Of a stretch of DNA of 64,000 nt, positions 10,415 to 19,962 are shown piece by piece. The DNA is from Planctomycetales bacterium (GTDB lineage Bacteria > 4484-113). A program made the position numbers and the translations under genes. Positions within the stretch are counted from its first letter, which is position 1; the number at the start of each line of letters is the position of its first letter. The DNA lies in NCBI GenBank assembly GCA_037441675.1, contig JBBIRS010000005.1, positions 11,648 through 75,647 of the forward strand, read 5' to 3'. Under the pieces are notes generated by a model, which saw nothing but the letters and a program-made list of their open reading frames with translations, was not told the DNA's origin and searched no databases.

Positions 10415-10458
10415 AGAACACTCCTCTTGAGAAAGGAGGAGTGTTCTTTTATTTTTTT
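10415..10458 (+). terminator. Intrinsic terminator, probably bidirectional
   Basis: AGAACACTCCTC (10415-10426) / GAGGAGTGTTCT (10436-10447), T-run after and A7 run before. Confidence 0.85.
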
Positions 10459-10735
10459 GGGTTCAAAATGGAACTTCTTTTGAGCGAGGAGGAAAGAGGA
10501 AGAGAAGAGGAAAATGAAGAAATTAAGAAAAGAGGAGAAGAAAAAAGAAGAAGCCTCTTAACATTTTCAGAGAAAATAGGAGAAAGAGCGCGCTTTTCTA
10601 GCCCAACTGGTTACCTTCACAATTATAATAACTGGTAGTTTTCAATCGCTAGCTTCTAGGGTAAACTATGTTCGTAATTTGAATCATTCATATTGATTAT
10701 ATGCTCAGCAGTGAATTTGAAAAATTTCGGGAGGT

Positions 10736-13291
10736 GTGGCGATTATGTCAAAAGTAATAAGAAAAGTTTATTTGCTCTCTGCTTTATTTTTTGCGTTAGT
10801 TCTTTTAGTACTAACACCAATGAGTTGTGGAGGCGGTGGGGGAGGTGGACTAAAAATTACTCCCACTCCTAACACTGGAACTAATCAACCTGGCTCGAGT
10901 AATGACAACATAACCCGACCTGATGAAAACAATGGTGAGTTAACAGTTAATGCTCCTGAGGTTGCGAAGACTGCTGGAGAAGTTGGAGGTGTTGTTCTTG
11001 ACGCTGAAGGGAACGCGATTGATGATCTTGAGCTTTACCTTGACAGTGTAAATAACTTCGTTGGTTCCACCGATGAAGAGGGGAAGTTTTTGATATCAGG
11101 CGTTGACACTGGAACCCATGAGGTTATCATTGGTCTTGAAGGTGAAGATGTCGCCAAATTCAGCGTTAACTATACTGGCTCCGCACCGCTAAATACTGTT
11201 CTTGCACCTTCAAATGTGCGTGTAACATCTCAGGAGGGACAAGCGGGGAGACTTGTCGGTCGTGTAACAGATCTTGAGGACAATCCAATTGCTGGAGTAA
11301 AAGTTCTCGTATTTGATAGAAGCGGGTTCTTCCTTCTCAGGCGCACTGGTGAGCTCGGCTTTTACGAGTTTGAGGCAATTCCAGCTGGAAATTACTTCTT
11401 GATTGGCTTCAAGAGGGGGTATAGAACACACGTAGGACAGGTCAGCATTGAAGCTGGAAAGACGACTGAGTATAACTTCCAGATGGCTCGTCTCAACACC
11501 GGTGGCGTTAGAGGAATAGTTACAGACAGTGAACGACATCCCATCGCTGAAGCTCACGTGTTCTTGCTCTATCGCGAGCGCCACAGTGATGCTAGCAGAC
11601 CTCCAGCATTTCATACAATGACTAATGGCGATGGTTTTTACGCCTTTGAGGGCGTTCCCGCAGGTCCTGCGGATATGCTTGTATTCAAGCCTGAGTATTT
11701 ACCAGCGGATGCGGAAGTTGTTATTCCACCAAATGAAATGATAGTGAAGAACTTTGTTCTCTTCCCGCACGAGCCACCGCCACCAAGGTTTAGCTCTCTT
11801 TCGGGCAAAGTTTTCGCCTATGGAAACGATGCGAGCAGTCCTGGCGAACCTATTCCGGGCGCGAGGATTCAACTGAGACGACCGGATGTGGAGTTTGAAG
11901 CCTTCACCGACCAGGAAGGATTTTACCATTTCGTTGAGATACCATCTGGCGGATATGGCTTTAGAGTTTCGGCGGAAGGTTTCCAGACGGTGGAAGGTGA
12001 GATATTCCTTGAACCTGGTGAGAACCACAGGGATTTCTTCCTTCGCAGAAACGAACAGCACGAATGGGGCAGAATTGAGGGCGTAGTTTTCTGGGGAGAA
12101 TCTGATGATCCGGTTGCTGGCGCGCTAGTTGAACTCTGGCGTCAAAACTCTGATGGCACAATGCAGAAAACGAGGACAACTCAAACTAATGAGCATGGTG
12201 CCTTCGTCTTTGAAGAGGTAGCACCTGGCTTAGTGGTGTTGAAGGCTTTCAAGGAAGATGCAACTGGCGCGGTAGAGGCGCAAGTACCACCGGGCGAGAC
12301 TGTTAGAGTTAATATCCGCATATTCCGTGAGAACCATTTTGGCATGATTAAGGGAACGGTTTTTGCAGGGGAGCCAAACGGAGGTGGGCAAGGTGTGCCC
12401 GTTCCTGGCGCAGTGGTAAAACTTTTCCGTGGTGAAGCCGATCCTAACCGTCCGCCTATTAGAGTCACTGAAACCGATGGCAATGGCTACTACCAGTTTG
12501 GTGAGCTTGAACCCTCAGGTGATTTCCCATACTGGATAATCGCGGAGAAGGTCATTGAGGATCAGCACTGGCGTGGCGCTGTGGACGGGATTAACTTGGG
12601 TTCCGGCGAGGTTAAGATTGTGGATATATTTATGCATTCTGTGGATGGGCCACCGCCGCCTGAGTATGGTGCAATTGGCGGAGTTATATGGCGCGAGATA
12701 GAAGGCAGAGAAGAATTTGTGGTTGGCGCGCTCGTGCTTCTATTCCGTGGAGAGCCCGGTGAGAACAATCCACCAATTCGCGAAACTCGTTCCGGCGATC
12801 AGGGTTGGTACCATTTTGGCGATGTTCCGCCCTCTGGAGATTTGCCATACTTTGTAGTGGCGAAGAAGGAGTTTGATAGCGGTTGGTGGTTTGGCCACTC
12901 CGATGGGTTCTTCCTTAGAGCCGGCGAGGAGAAGCGCGTTGACGTGAGATTGTATCCTCCAGAACCTAACCCTGAGAACGGTAAGGTCTGTGGTTCGGTT
13001 TGGAGAATCTTTGAGAACGGGGAAGAAGTTCTACCCAATGCGCTTGTTCTTCTATATAAGGGAGATCCCTCACGTGGCGAGGTAATCCGTGAAACGAGAA
13101 CGGGTGAAGATGGATGGTACACCTTTGAGGATGTTCCGCCATCTGGCGATGTGCCGTATGTCGTTGTCGCGAAGTGGTGGGACCATGAGGAGAGACTGTG
13201 GAAAGGCATGGAGGACTTCCATCTTGCCCCGGGTGAAGAGAGAGAGGTTCATATTCAAGTGTTCCTCCAGCAGGATGGCGGAGGAGCATAG
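10736..13291 (+). CDS. Paralogous predicted lipoprotein with about 8 carboxypeptidase-regulatory-like repeats
   Basis: Signal peptide ending PMSC-GGGGGGG. Shares FDRSGFFL, GFKRGYRTH and GEIFLE.GENHRDFFL with 8409..10379. The true start may be the ATG three codons downstream, given the GGAGG spacing. Confidence 0.8.
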   Translation: MAIMSKVIRKVYLLSALFFALVLLVLTPMSCGGGGGGGLKITPTPNTGTNQPGSSNDNITRPDENNGELTVNAPEVAKTAGEVGGVVLDAEGNAIDDLELYLDSVNNFVGSTDEEGKFLISGVDTGTHEVIIGLEGEDVAKFSVNYTGSAPLNTVLAPSNVRVTSQEGQAGRLVGRVTDLEDNPIAGVKVLVFDRSGFFLLRRTGELGFYEFEAIPAGNYFLIGFKRGYRTHVGQVSIEAGKTTEYNFQMARLNTGGVRGIVTDSERHPIAEAHVFLLYRERHSDASRPPAFHTMTNGDGFYAFEGVPAGPADMLVFKPEYLPADAEVVIPPNEMIVKNFVLFPHEPPPPRFSSLSGKVFAYGNDASSPGEPIPGARIQLRRPDVEFEAFTDQEGFYHFVEIPSGGYGFRVSAEGFQTVEGEIFLEPGENHRDFFLRRNEQHEWGRIEGVVFWGESDDPVAGALVELWRQNSDGTMQKTRTTQTNEHGAFVFEEVAPGLVVLKAFKEDATGAVEAQVPPGETVRVNIRIFRENHFGMIKGTVFAGEPNGGGQGVPVPGAVVKLFRGEADPNRPPIRVTETDGNGYYQFGELEPSGDFPYWIIAEKVIEDQHWRGAVDGINLGSGEVKIVDIFMHSVDGPPPPEYGAIGGVIWREIEGREEFVVGALVLLFRGEPGENNPPIRETRSGDQGWYHFGDVPPSGDLPYFVVAKKEFDSGWWFGHSDGFFLRAGEEKRVDVRLYPPEPNPENGKVCGSVWRIFENGEEVLPNALVLLYKGDPSRGEVIRETRTGEDGWYTFEDVPPSGDVPYVVVAKWWDHEERLWKGMEDFHLAPGEEREVHIQVFLQQDGGGA

Positions 13292-13324
13292 CGAAACTAA
13301 CGAATTAGGCTCCTGCGTAACAGG

Positions 13325-13360
13325 GAGGGCTCCAGGGAAAATCCTGGAGCCTTCTTTTTT
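13325..13360 (+). terminator. Rho-independent terminator
   Basis: GAGGGCTCCAGG-loop-CCTGGAGCCTTC followed by TTTTTT. Confidence 0.85.
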
Positions 13361-13432
13361 CCACGATATAAGCTAATTCACGAGTTCAAATGTAATATCA
13401 TCAATTCTTCTAGAGCCCTTTTTTCCACGATA
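13355..13432. repeat. 14-bp direct repeat TTTTTTCCACGATA
   Basis: Copies at 13355-13368 and 13419-13432, each closely preceded by GAGCC. Confidence 0.7.
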
Positions 13433-13552
13433 CAATCTATTCTGATGCCAATTGGCGAGAAAGTCCTCCTCGGTACGGTCACGGGTATGATCCTCTATCG
13501 CGGAAATGCTCTCAAGAATGTCTCGCAGTAAACCCCCGGCGTTTCGTTTCAT
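13373..13552 (-). pseudogene. Truncated HEPN (DUF86/HepT-like) toxin remnant
   Basis: 59-aa ORF MKRNAGGLLRDILESISAIEDHTRDRTEEDFLANWHQ... The N-terminus resembles DUF86. Similarity stops near 13440 and there is no RxxxxH motif. ATGA overlap with the repaired MNT stop. Confidence 0.7.
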
Positions 13553-13831
13553 AGGACAAGCACATGTTTAGCCAAGGCGGAGACCTTGATAAGCGGATTT
13601 AGCGCTAAAGTACTCAACTAAGTCCACAGGGATGTTGAGCGCATCTTCAAGGTCAAGCTTGAGCTGGATTAAATCAAGCAGGCTTCGAGATTTACCCATC
13701 TCAACGAGAAAATCTACGTCGCTGTCTTTTCCATACTCACTGGTGAAGAGCGAACCGAAAACTCCTGCCTTTGTCACTCCATTACGCAATGGTACCGGTA
13801 GTATCTTTTCCTTTACTTCTTCTAGATTCAT
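13549..13831 (-). pseudogene. Minimal nucleotidyltransferase (MNT/MntA-like) antitoxin, frameshifted near the 3' end
   Basis: VFGS...DSDVDFLVE, LLDLIQLKLDLEDAL..VDLVEY. Removing one T at 13607-13609 restores a typical tail LALNPLIKVSALAKHVLVL*. Confidence 0.75.
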
Positions 13832-13965
13832 TTCCCGAAATGATTCTACTTACAGATAAGCGGTTTAATTAAAACTTGACGGTGTTAAGTATTAGCTCTG
13901 AAAATTCAGAAAAATTTGTTGTGTTGTAAAAGCTATTATTATTTTTCTAATATAATCATCTAGCG

Positions 13966-15012
13966 ATGCCTGAGGGCAAGAAAATCCGATTGACGGAGTA
14001 TGCGTCCTGCGCGGGTTGAGCGAGCAAGGTTGGTCAGGCTGACCTGGAGAAAATTCTGAGCGGAGTGAATTTTTACAGCTCGGACGCGGTAATGCGTGGA
14101 GTTAGCCACGGCGATGACGCGGGCGTTTTTCGCGTGAGCGATGAGCTCGCGCTGGTGCAAACCGTTGACGTCTTCACGCCTGTTGTGGATGAACCAAAGG
14201 ATTTTGGCGCAATTGCGGCGGCAAATTCATTCTCGGATTGTTACGCGATGGGCGGAAGACCGATATCCTGCCTTTCAATTATGGTAGTTCCATCGGAAGG
14301 ATTTCCGGAAGGAGTGATAGAAGAAGTTCTTGCGGGGGCAAATGAAATTTGCGAAGAGGCAGGCGCACCCATCATCGGCGGGCATTCACTGAAACTTCCT
14401 GAGCCTGCATTTGGGCTTGCGGTGACTGGCGTGGTTCAACCTGAGAGACTAATTAGACCAGATAACGCAAGGGCTGGTGACAAGTTGATTCTCACAAAGC
14501 CAATCGGCACGGGAATAATCACAACCGCAGGGAAAAGGAAATGTTGTCCCTCGGATGCGCTAAATAATGCGATTAGGGTAATGAAGGCGCTTAATAGGGG
14601 AGCGAGTGAGGCGATGAAGTCACTTTCCCGAGCCTCCGCGACTGATGTTACGGGATTTGGTCTTCTGGGGCATCTTTGGCATATACTTCAGGCTTCACAG
14701 GTAGCGGTGGAGCTTTACTTTTCTCAAGTGCCGATTCTTTCGTCCGCGCTTGAGTTGGCGGAGGAGAACGCGCCCAGGGGAACTCGGATGAACCTTGAGT
14801 TTGCACAGGTTTTTACCGATTTTGGAAGCCTTAACATCGCGCAAAAGTTATTGCTGGCTGATGCGCAGACCTCCGGCGGTTTGCTTATCTCTTGTCCAGA
14901 AAGTGAGGCGGAAGAGTTTGTTCTAAAATTGAAACAGCTTGATTGCCTTGAATGTGCCATTATCGGTAGCTTCGTTGAAATGAGAGAACCACCAGTTGTT
15001 GTTCTATCATAG
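13966..15012 (+). CDS. selD: Selenophosphate synthetase, selenocysteine-containing (348 aa)
   Basis: ATG 13966 gives MPEGKKIRLTEYASCAG-U(TGA 14017-14019)-ASKVG, in frame with the ORF containing DDAGV, QTVDVFTPVVD, GGHS, TKPIGTG, DVTGFGLLGH, DAQTSGGLL. Confidence 0.93.
14032..14044 (+). promoter_or_regulatory. Putative bacterial SECIS hairpin
   Basis: GGTCA-GGC-TGACC stem-loop starting 12 nt after the in-frame TGA, with G in the loop. Confidence 0.6.
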
Positions 15013-15083
15013 TTTTATTGGTTTTGTTCGCAACGAGCAAAATTGAAAGATAGTTTTCCCTTAAATGATGATACACTAAAGTA

Positions 15084-16160
15084 GTGGCGGGTACTTTACT
15101 GATTATCTCTCGGGCTGATGCGAGCTTCGGTTGTGGACATCTTTCCAGGATGATAACCCTGGGAAGGTTTATGGAGCAGGAACGAGGCTTCAAAGTCACA
15201 AAAGTGCTACTTGGGGATGAGCTGAGTTTAACCTTCGCAAGAACCTTGGCCGAAACAGTCCTCTTTTTCCCATCCTGGGAATTAACCTGGGCAAGTAGGC
15301 GCACGTTTCTTAAAGAGCTTTTGATGGAGCAGTTTCCCGAAGAAAACCCTGATGTTGTCATTTTTGATGTGTATGACTTCTTTGACACTTTCTGGGCTAA
15401 GGGACTCTTTCGGAAAATTTTTCCGCGCTCTAAATTTATTGGCTTTGAGATTTACCACAGTCGTACAGTTTCTGAGCGTATGGAAAGGAAAAATTATGAA
15501 CCGGTAACCTTGAACCTTATTGTCAACTCACTTCTATCTCCATTCGGAAAGTGGGAGAAGAAGAATGGAATAAGGACGCTTTTTGGCACGGACTTTTTAA
15601 TCCTGCCACCATTTCTTCGGGATTTTCCCAAATGGCGGTTCTCAAAGGAGAATAGAAGGATTACAATTTTTCTTGGCAGTTCGCCTTCAAGGGTTCTAGG
15701 GCTTTTGATTGATGAGTTAAGGCACTGGACGCAGATGGGGTATGATTTTTGCCTTTACAGTTCCTTTGCCCGTGAGGAGAAGAAACTCTTTGGCGAGGGC
15801 ATTCGCGTGATGCCCTTAACAACGCAGGAATGTTTTCTGAGGGATATGGTTAATTCTCATATGGCAATAGTATCCGCTAGCCTAGTTTTGTACGAGCTCG
15901 CATTTCTGGGAGTGCCTGCGGTAGTGATACCGGTGGTTTCCCATCAACTTGCAACCGCATACAAGTTTTCTGAAAGGAATTACTCGCAATTGGTTTTGCC
16001 TACGAAGAACAGGTTCTCAGCGCAATTTAGCAAAGCTATGGAGGCGCTTGGAGATGAGGAGAAGTTAACTGCTCAAAGCTTTGCAGGCAGGGCACTCTTG
16101 GATGGCAGGGGAATATACCGCGTTGCTGAAGTGATATCCGAGATTGCGGGAAGTAGTTGA
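15084..16160 (+). CDS. PseG/SpsG-like GT-B fold nucleotide-sugar hydrolase or glycosyltransferase
   Basis: N-terminal RADASFGCGHLSRM, C-terminal AIVSAS..LYELAFLGVP..HQ..A and LLDGRGIYRVAEVI. Confidence 0.7.
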   Translation: MAGTLLIISRADASFGCGHLSRMITLGRFMEQERGFKVTKVLLGDELSLTFARTLAETVLFFPSWELTWASRRTFLKELLMEQFPEENPDVVIFDVYDFFDTFWAKGLFRKIFPRSKFIGFEIYHSRTVSERMERKNYEPVTLNLIVNSLLSPFGKWEKKNGIRTLFGTDFLILPPFLRDFPKWRFSKENRRITIFLGSSPSRVLGLLIDELRHWTQMGYDFCLYSSFAREEKKLFGEGIRVMPLTTQECFLRDMVNSHMAIVSASLVLYELAFLGVPAVVIPVVSHQLATAYKFSERNYSQLVLPTKNRFSAQFSKAMEALGDEEKLTAQSFAGRALLDGRGIYRVAEVISEIAGSS

Positions 16161-16487
16161 AATTGCCCCTATGCTTCTCGCGAACAAGTAGGGCTGAGCT
16201 TTGATTTCCGACTATTTTGGCGCGGGTTTACTCCACGCACTCAAGATAGCGGTATATCATCCCGCCTCGCAGAGCGATTGCTAATGCAGATATTAAGTTT
16301 ACACTTCGCGAAAGATTTCTTATTATATCGTGCGGTTTTCACATTGACGGAAAATCGCGTCTAAGAACTTCCTGAGAGAGACGGATTTTGCTTTCTGATA
16401 TGCTTTTTACGCTTTTAACGGTAGTAGTTAAAGGATAATGCCAGTATGGTAAAGTATTTTCACTGGATGAAACACTAAGGAGCGGAT

Positions 16488-17801
16488 ATGGAATTCATTG
16501 AAGAGGTTATTGCAAGAGAGGTGCTTGATTCGCGAGGAAATCCCACCGTTGAGGTAGAAGTTGTGCTTGGAGATGGTATCATTGGGCGGGCGTTAGTTCC
16601 CTCAGGAGCATCAACTGGAAGTTACGAGGCGGTGGAGCTACGAGACCGAGATGACACACGATACTTGGGCAAGGGCGTTCAACAGGCAATTGCAAACATC
16701 GTCGATAAAATTGCACCTGAGATAGAGGGCATTCCTATTCCTAACCAGCTCCTAGTTGATCAAACCCTAATTCGGCTTGATGGCACTGAGAATAAGAGCG
16801 TGTTGGGCGCTAATGCAATCCTTGCAGTTTCCATGGCAGTCGCTACTGCGACAGCAAACCACCTGGGCATTCCCCTGTATCAGTATCTCGGTGGTGCTTG
16901 CCCGAACACTCTTCCCGTTCCAATGCTCAATGTCATAAACGGCGGTAGGCACGCAAATAATAACCTGGACATTCAGGAGTTTATGATTGTTCCCGCTGGC
17001 TTTGAGAGCTTTTCAGATGCTTTGCGCGCCAGTTGCGAGATTTATCACACCTTGCGTCAAAACCTGGATCAAAAAGGATTTTCAACCTCTGTTGGAGACG
17101 AAGGTGGATTCGCTCCGTCTGTTTCTTCACACGAAGAGGCGCTATCACTCTTGGTGGACGCTATGAAGATGGCAGGCTACCTTCCGGGCAAGAACGTTTG
17201 GCTAGCCCTTGACTGCGCCGCTTCTGAGTTCTACTTTGATGGTTCTTACAAGTTTTCCTCCGAGGCAAGAAGTTTTACCTCTCAGGAGCTAGCCAACTAC
17301 TACTACGAGCTTGTGCAGAAATTTCCTATTATTAGTATTGAAGATCCCTTTGATGAAGAAGATTGGTCAGCATTTGCCGGCTTTTCCGCAAAACTGGGTG
17401 GATTGATTCAAGTCGTTGGCGATGACATTTATGTGACGAATCCCAAGAGGATAAAGAGGGGAATTGAGCTTAACGCCACAAACTGCGTTCTCATCAAGCC
17501 TAATCAAATAGGCACTGTTACTGAGACTATTGAGGCTATTAAAATAGCTAAGAACTCTGGATGGAAGGTTGTTGTCAGTCACAGAAGTGGTGAGACTGAG
17601 GATACTTTTATTTCCCATTTGGCGGTGGGACTCTTGGTGGGGCAGATTAAGGCTGGAGCTCCTCAGAGAGGTGAAAGAATCGCTAAATACAACGAGCTCT
17701 TGAGGATTGAAGATTTTATGGGGGAACAGGCGGTATTTGCTGGCGTTTCTGAGTATGAGCATTTCTTGCAACACCTGAACCCATCGGCTCAAATTTGCTA
17801 G
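16488..17801 (+). CDS. eno: Enolase
   Basis: [58 protein letters not shown]. Confidence 0.98.
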   Translation: MEFIEEVIAREVLDSRGNPTVEVEVVLGDGIIGRALVPSGASTGSYEAVELRDRDDTRYLGKGVQQAIANIVDKIAPEIEGIPIPNQLLVDQTLIRLDGTENKSVLGANAILAVSMAVATATANHLGIPLYQYLGGACPNTLPVPMLNVINGGRHANNNLDIQEFMIVPAGFESFSDALRASCEIYHTLRQNLDQKGFSTSVGDEGGFAPSVSSHEEALSLLVDAMKMAGYLPGKNVWLALDCAASEFYFDGSYKFSSEARSFTSQELANYYYELVQKFPIISIEDPFDEEDWSAFAGFSAKLGGLIQVVGDDIYVTNPKRIKRGIELNATNCVLIKPNQIGTVTETIEAIKIAKNSGWKVVVSHRSGETEDTFISHLAVGLLVGQIKAGAPQRGERIAKYNELLRIEDFMGEQAVFAGVSEYEHFLQHLNPSAQIC

Positions 17802-17866
17802 ATTCTATTTTTAACTCCTACGCTAGCCTTCTTTATGAATAACTTATAAAATTTCATTAGTCAAAG

Positions 17867-18793
17867 ATGAACATTGATGTTGCTATAGACCGCTTTTTGA
17901 ACTTTCTTTTGGTTGCAAAAGGTTCTTCAATGAATACAGTAACCTCATATGCTAAAGACCTTCAGCATTTTCTAAACTTTTCTAACATATCCGACACAGA
18001 TGAGCTATCAAGGGAGAGGGTTCTAAATTACCTTGAGAGCATGAATGCGCAAAGGGAGCTTTCACCTGCCACTGTGCGAAGGAGGATCGCCTCTTTAAGG
18101 AGCTTCAGCAAGTTTCTGCTTAGAGACGGGATATTAGTTAAAGGTGTTTTTCCAAAGGGAGTTAGGAGTGTGCGGTGGATGAACATTCCAAAAGCTTTAA
18201 CTCAGAGCGAGGTGGAAAGAATTATCTCAGCCATTGACACTAGAAGTTATGTGGGTATACGGGATCGTGCCTTGATCGAAACACTATACGCTAGCGGTAT
18301 CAGGGTTTCTGAATGTTCGCAGGTAAGGCTTTCGGATGTAAACCTGGAACGGGGAACAATTAGGGTAAGAGGCAAAGGCGGAAAGCATAGGGTTGTGCTG
18401 ATAGGAGGCGAAGCGAGGGAGTGGCTCAAGCGCTACATTGAAAACTCCAGACTAAAATATCTCAAAAACCCAAAAAGCTCTTCGCGAAAGGCGAGAGGGG
18501 ATGCGCTTTTTTTGGGTAGAAAGGGACCTCTATCTCGGGTGCAGATTTTCCGCATAGTGAGGGAATATGCGCTAAAGGCAGGCGTTGCCAATAAAGTATC
18601 TCCACACGTCTTTCGTCACTCCTTTGCCACCCATCTTCTTGAAAACGGCGCGGATGTTCGCATTGTTCAAGAGCTGTTGGGGCATTCTAATATTTCAACT
18701 GTTGAGCAGTACACAAAAATTACAATGAAGCACTTGCGTAGCGTTTATGAGAAGAGCCATCCGCACGCTTCTCTAGCAATTTCTAGGAGGTGA
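17867..18793 (+). CDS. xerD: Site-specific tyrosine recombinase, XerD/XerC family
   Basis: RDRALIETLYASGIRVSE, GKGGKHR, SPHVFRHSFATHLLENGADVRIVQELLGHSNISTVEQYT. XerC versus XerD is not resolved. Confidence 0.85.
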   Translation: MNIDVAIDRFLNFLLVAKGSSMNTVTSYAKDLQHFLNFSNISDTDELSRERVLNYLESMNAQRELSPATVRRRIASLRSFSKFLLRDGILVKGVFPKGVRSVRWMNIPKALTQSEVERIISAIDTRSYVGIRDRALIETLYASGIRVSECSQVRLSDVNLERGTIRVRGKGGKHRVVLIGGEAREWLKRYIENSRLKYLKNPKSSSRKARGDALFLGRKGPLSRVQIFRIVREYALKAGVANKVSPHVFRHSFATHLLENGADVRIVQELLGHSNISTVEQYTKITMKHLRSVYEKSHPHASLAISRR

Positions 18794-18823
18794 AACGTTG
18801 GGACTTTGCAGGCTTCTTTGGTC

Positions 18824-19957
18824 TTAATGAAGCATTAGTTTTTTTAGCCGTTGAGAGGCATTGTCATTTGCTGAGAGTCTGCGTTTCTTAAGCGATTCAA
18901 GAAGAGATTTTTCTTCACCGGTAAGCTTTTCAGGGAAATAAAGGCTCACTAGTAGTCTCAAGTTTCCCGCACCCCTCTTGTTTATATTGGGTAGACCTTC
19001 TCCCTCTATTGAAATGAAAGTTCCAGGCTGAGTCTTTGGATGTATTTTTACAATAAGCTCCTTCTTGCGAGGATGATTGACTTTTAACGTAGTTCCGAAG
19101 AAGAGTTCGTCGTAGGTGAGGGGCAACTCCGCTAAAAGGTCAGAGCCATCAACAGTAAAGATGGGATGTTCTTTCACTTTCAGTTTGATCAGGATATCTC
19201 CAGCTTTACCACCACCTGTTCCAGAGTGTCCTTCGTTAGAAATTCTTAAAATAGTTCCGTCCTTCACGCCGGCGGGAATACCCACTTCAACTTCTCTATC
19301 AACACCGTATAGCCCACTTCCGTTGCAGTGAATGCAAGGAGTTTCTATAAATGAGCCTTTTCCTTTACAGGTGGGGCAAGTTGTTGTGCTTTGAAAAATT
19401 CCAAGAAGCGTCTGTCGGGATGAGGTAAGAACGCCATTCCCACCACATCTGTAACAGATGGTGGGTTGAGTGCCTGGCTGAAGACGGCTTCCTTTGCAAA
19501 CCTCACACCGCTCAAGCCTTCTTATCTTCAATTTTTTGGATTGCTGGGAGAAGGTTTCTTCCAGGGTAAGGGTAAGCTCGGTGACTAAATCGTCTCCATC
19601 AGAGTAAGCCGGGCCCATCTGCTCTCGCCTTATCCTTGACTGAGAAAAACCAAAACCAAAACGATCGCCAAAGAAGTAGTCAAAAAGGTCGGAGATACTC
19701 CTAAAATCCGTGAAGAAGTCACTTCCGACGCCTGTGGGTGCTTTTATCGTTCCATATTGGTCGTAGTATGCTCTTTTCTCTGGGTCAGAGAGTATCTCGT
19801 AGGCTACCGCCACACGCTTGAATTTCTCTTCCTTTTCTTTGTCGTTTGGATTTCTATCGGGATGAAGGTCGCGAACAAGCCTTCGATATGCCCTTTTTAT
19901 CTCGCTTTGGTCTGCGTTGCGTGGAACACCTAGTATTTGATAAAGGTCGTCTTCCAT
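18824..19957 (-). CDS. dnaJ: Chaperone DnaJ
   Basis: J-domain HPD, G/F-rich region, four CxxCxGxx zinc motifs. Confidence 0.95.
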   Translation of the reverse strand: MEDDLYQILGVPRNADQSEIKRAYRRLVRDLHPDRNPNDKEKEEKFKRVAVAYEILSDPEKRAYYDQYGTIKAPTGVGSDFFTDFRSISDLFDYFFGDRFGFGFSQSRIRREQMGPAYSDGDDLVTELTLTLEETFSQQSKKLKIRRLERCEVCKGSRLQPGTQPTICYRCGGNGVLTSSRQTLLGIFQSTTTCPTCKGKGSFIETPCIHCNGSGLYGVDREVEVGIPAGVKDGTILRISNEGHSGTGGGKAGDILIKLKVKEHPIFTVDGSDLLAELPLTYDELFFGTTLKVNHPRKKELIVKIHPKTQPGTFISIEGEGLPNINKRGAGNLRLLVSLYFPEKLTGEEKSLLESLKKRRLSANDNASQRLKKLMLH

Positions 19958-19962
19958 AATTG

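Noticed and set aside
14065..15012. ORF-track start for selD
   Set aside because: It omits the catalytic N-terminus; the frame extends through the Sec TGA to ATG 13966.
17867..18793. Integrase of a mobile element
   Set aside because: Motifs and length fit chromosomal XerC/D, the flanks are housekeeping genes, and no att sites or cargo were seen.
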